From the IMG/VR virus record IMGVR_UViG_3300006802_013268: a stretch of 64,000 nt of DNA; one strand, written 5' to 3'. The first letter of the stretch is position 1. Each line of letters opens with the position of its first letter. Positions 63,999 to 64,000 of the stretch are shown here, one piece after another. This stretch comes from an uncultured virus (IMG/VR IMGVR_UViG_3300006802_013268) (lineage: Duplodnaviria; Heunggongvirae; Uroviricota; Caudoviricetes). The translations under genes were made by a program, and so were the position numbers. Below the pieces are notes generated by a model that saw nothing but the letters and a program-made list of their open reading frames with translations, was not told the origin of the DNA and did not search any database.

Positions 63999-64000
63999 AT

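Overview
A 64-kb segment of a large, AT-rich T4-like myophage. The gene set (Hsp20, 2OG-Fe(II) oxygenases, sulfotransferase) resembles marine or aquatic T4-like phages; the host cannot be determined from this window. Essentially all genes are on the minus strand. In transcription order (right to left): a giant (>1890 aa, truncated by the window) Tyr/Phe tetrapeptide-repeat protein; a sigma70-promoter-driven cassette (unknown, glycosyltransferase, 2OG-Fe(II)-like oxygenase); fibre-like virion proteins; a subtilisin-like protease; neck gp13/gp14; a greatly extended gp15; a gp7-like/Ig fusion; terminase gp16/gp17; sheath gp18; tube gp19; portal gp20; a ~9-kb island (collagen-like fibre, HTH, SPOUT-like protein, beta-rich proteins); gp67/68-like, gp21, gp22, gp23, gp3; then uvsY, uvsW, gp55, gp47, gp46, gp45, gp44, gp62, regA and hsp20, interleaved with single tailoring-enzyme genes. 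T4 late promoters (TATAAATA and variants), near-consensus sigma70 promoters, two cUUCGg hairpins and a ROSE-like thermometer upstream of hsp20 are visible. I found no tRNA, rRNA, CRISPR array, intron, intein or transposase. The best candidates for new biology are a putative virion-protein modification system (early GT/oxygenase cassette, giant repeat protein, DS-[A/T/V]-rich fibres) and the portal-adjacent island. All family assignments come from motif recognition by eye, not database searches.
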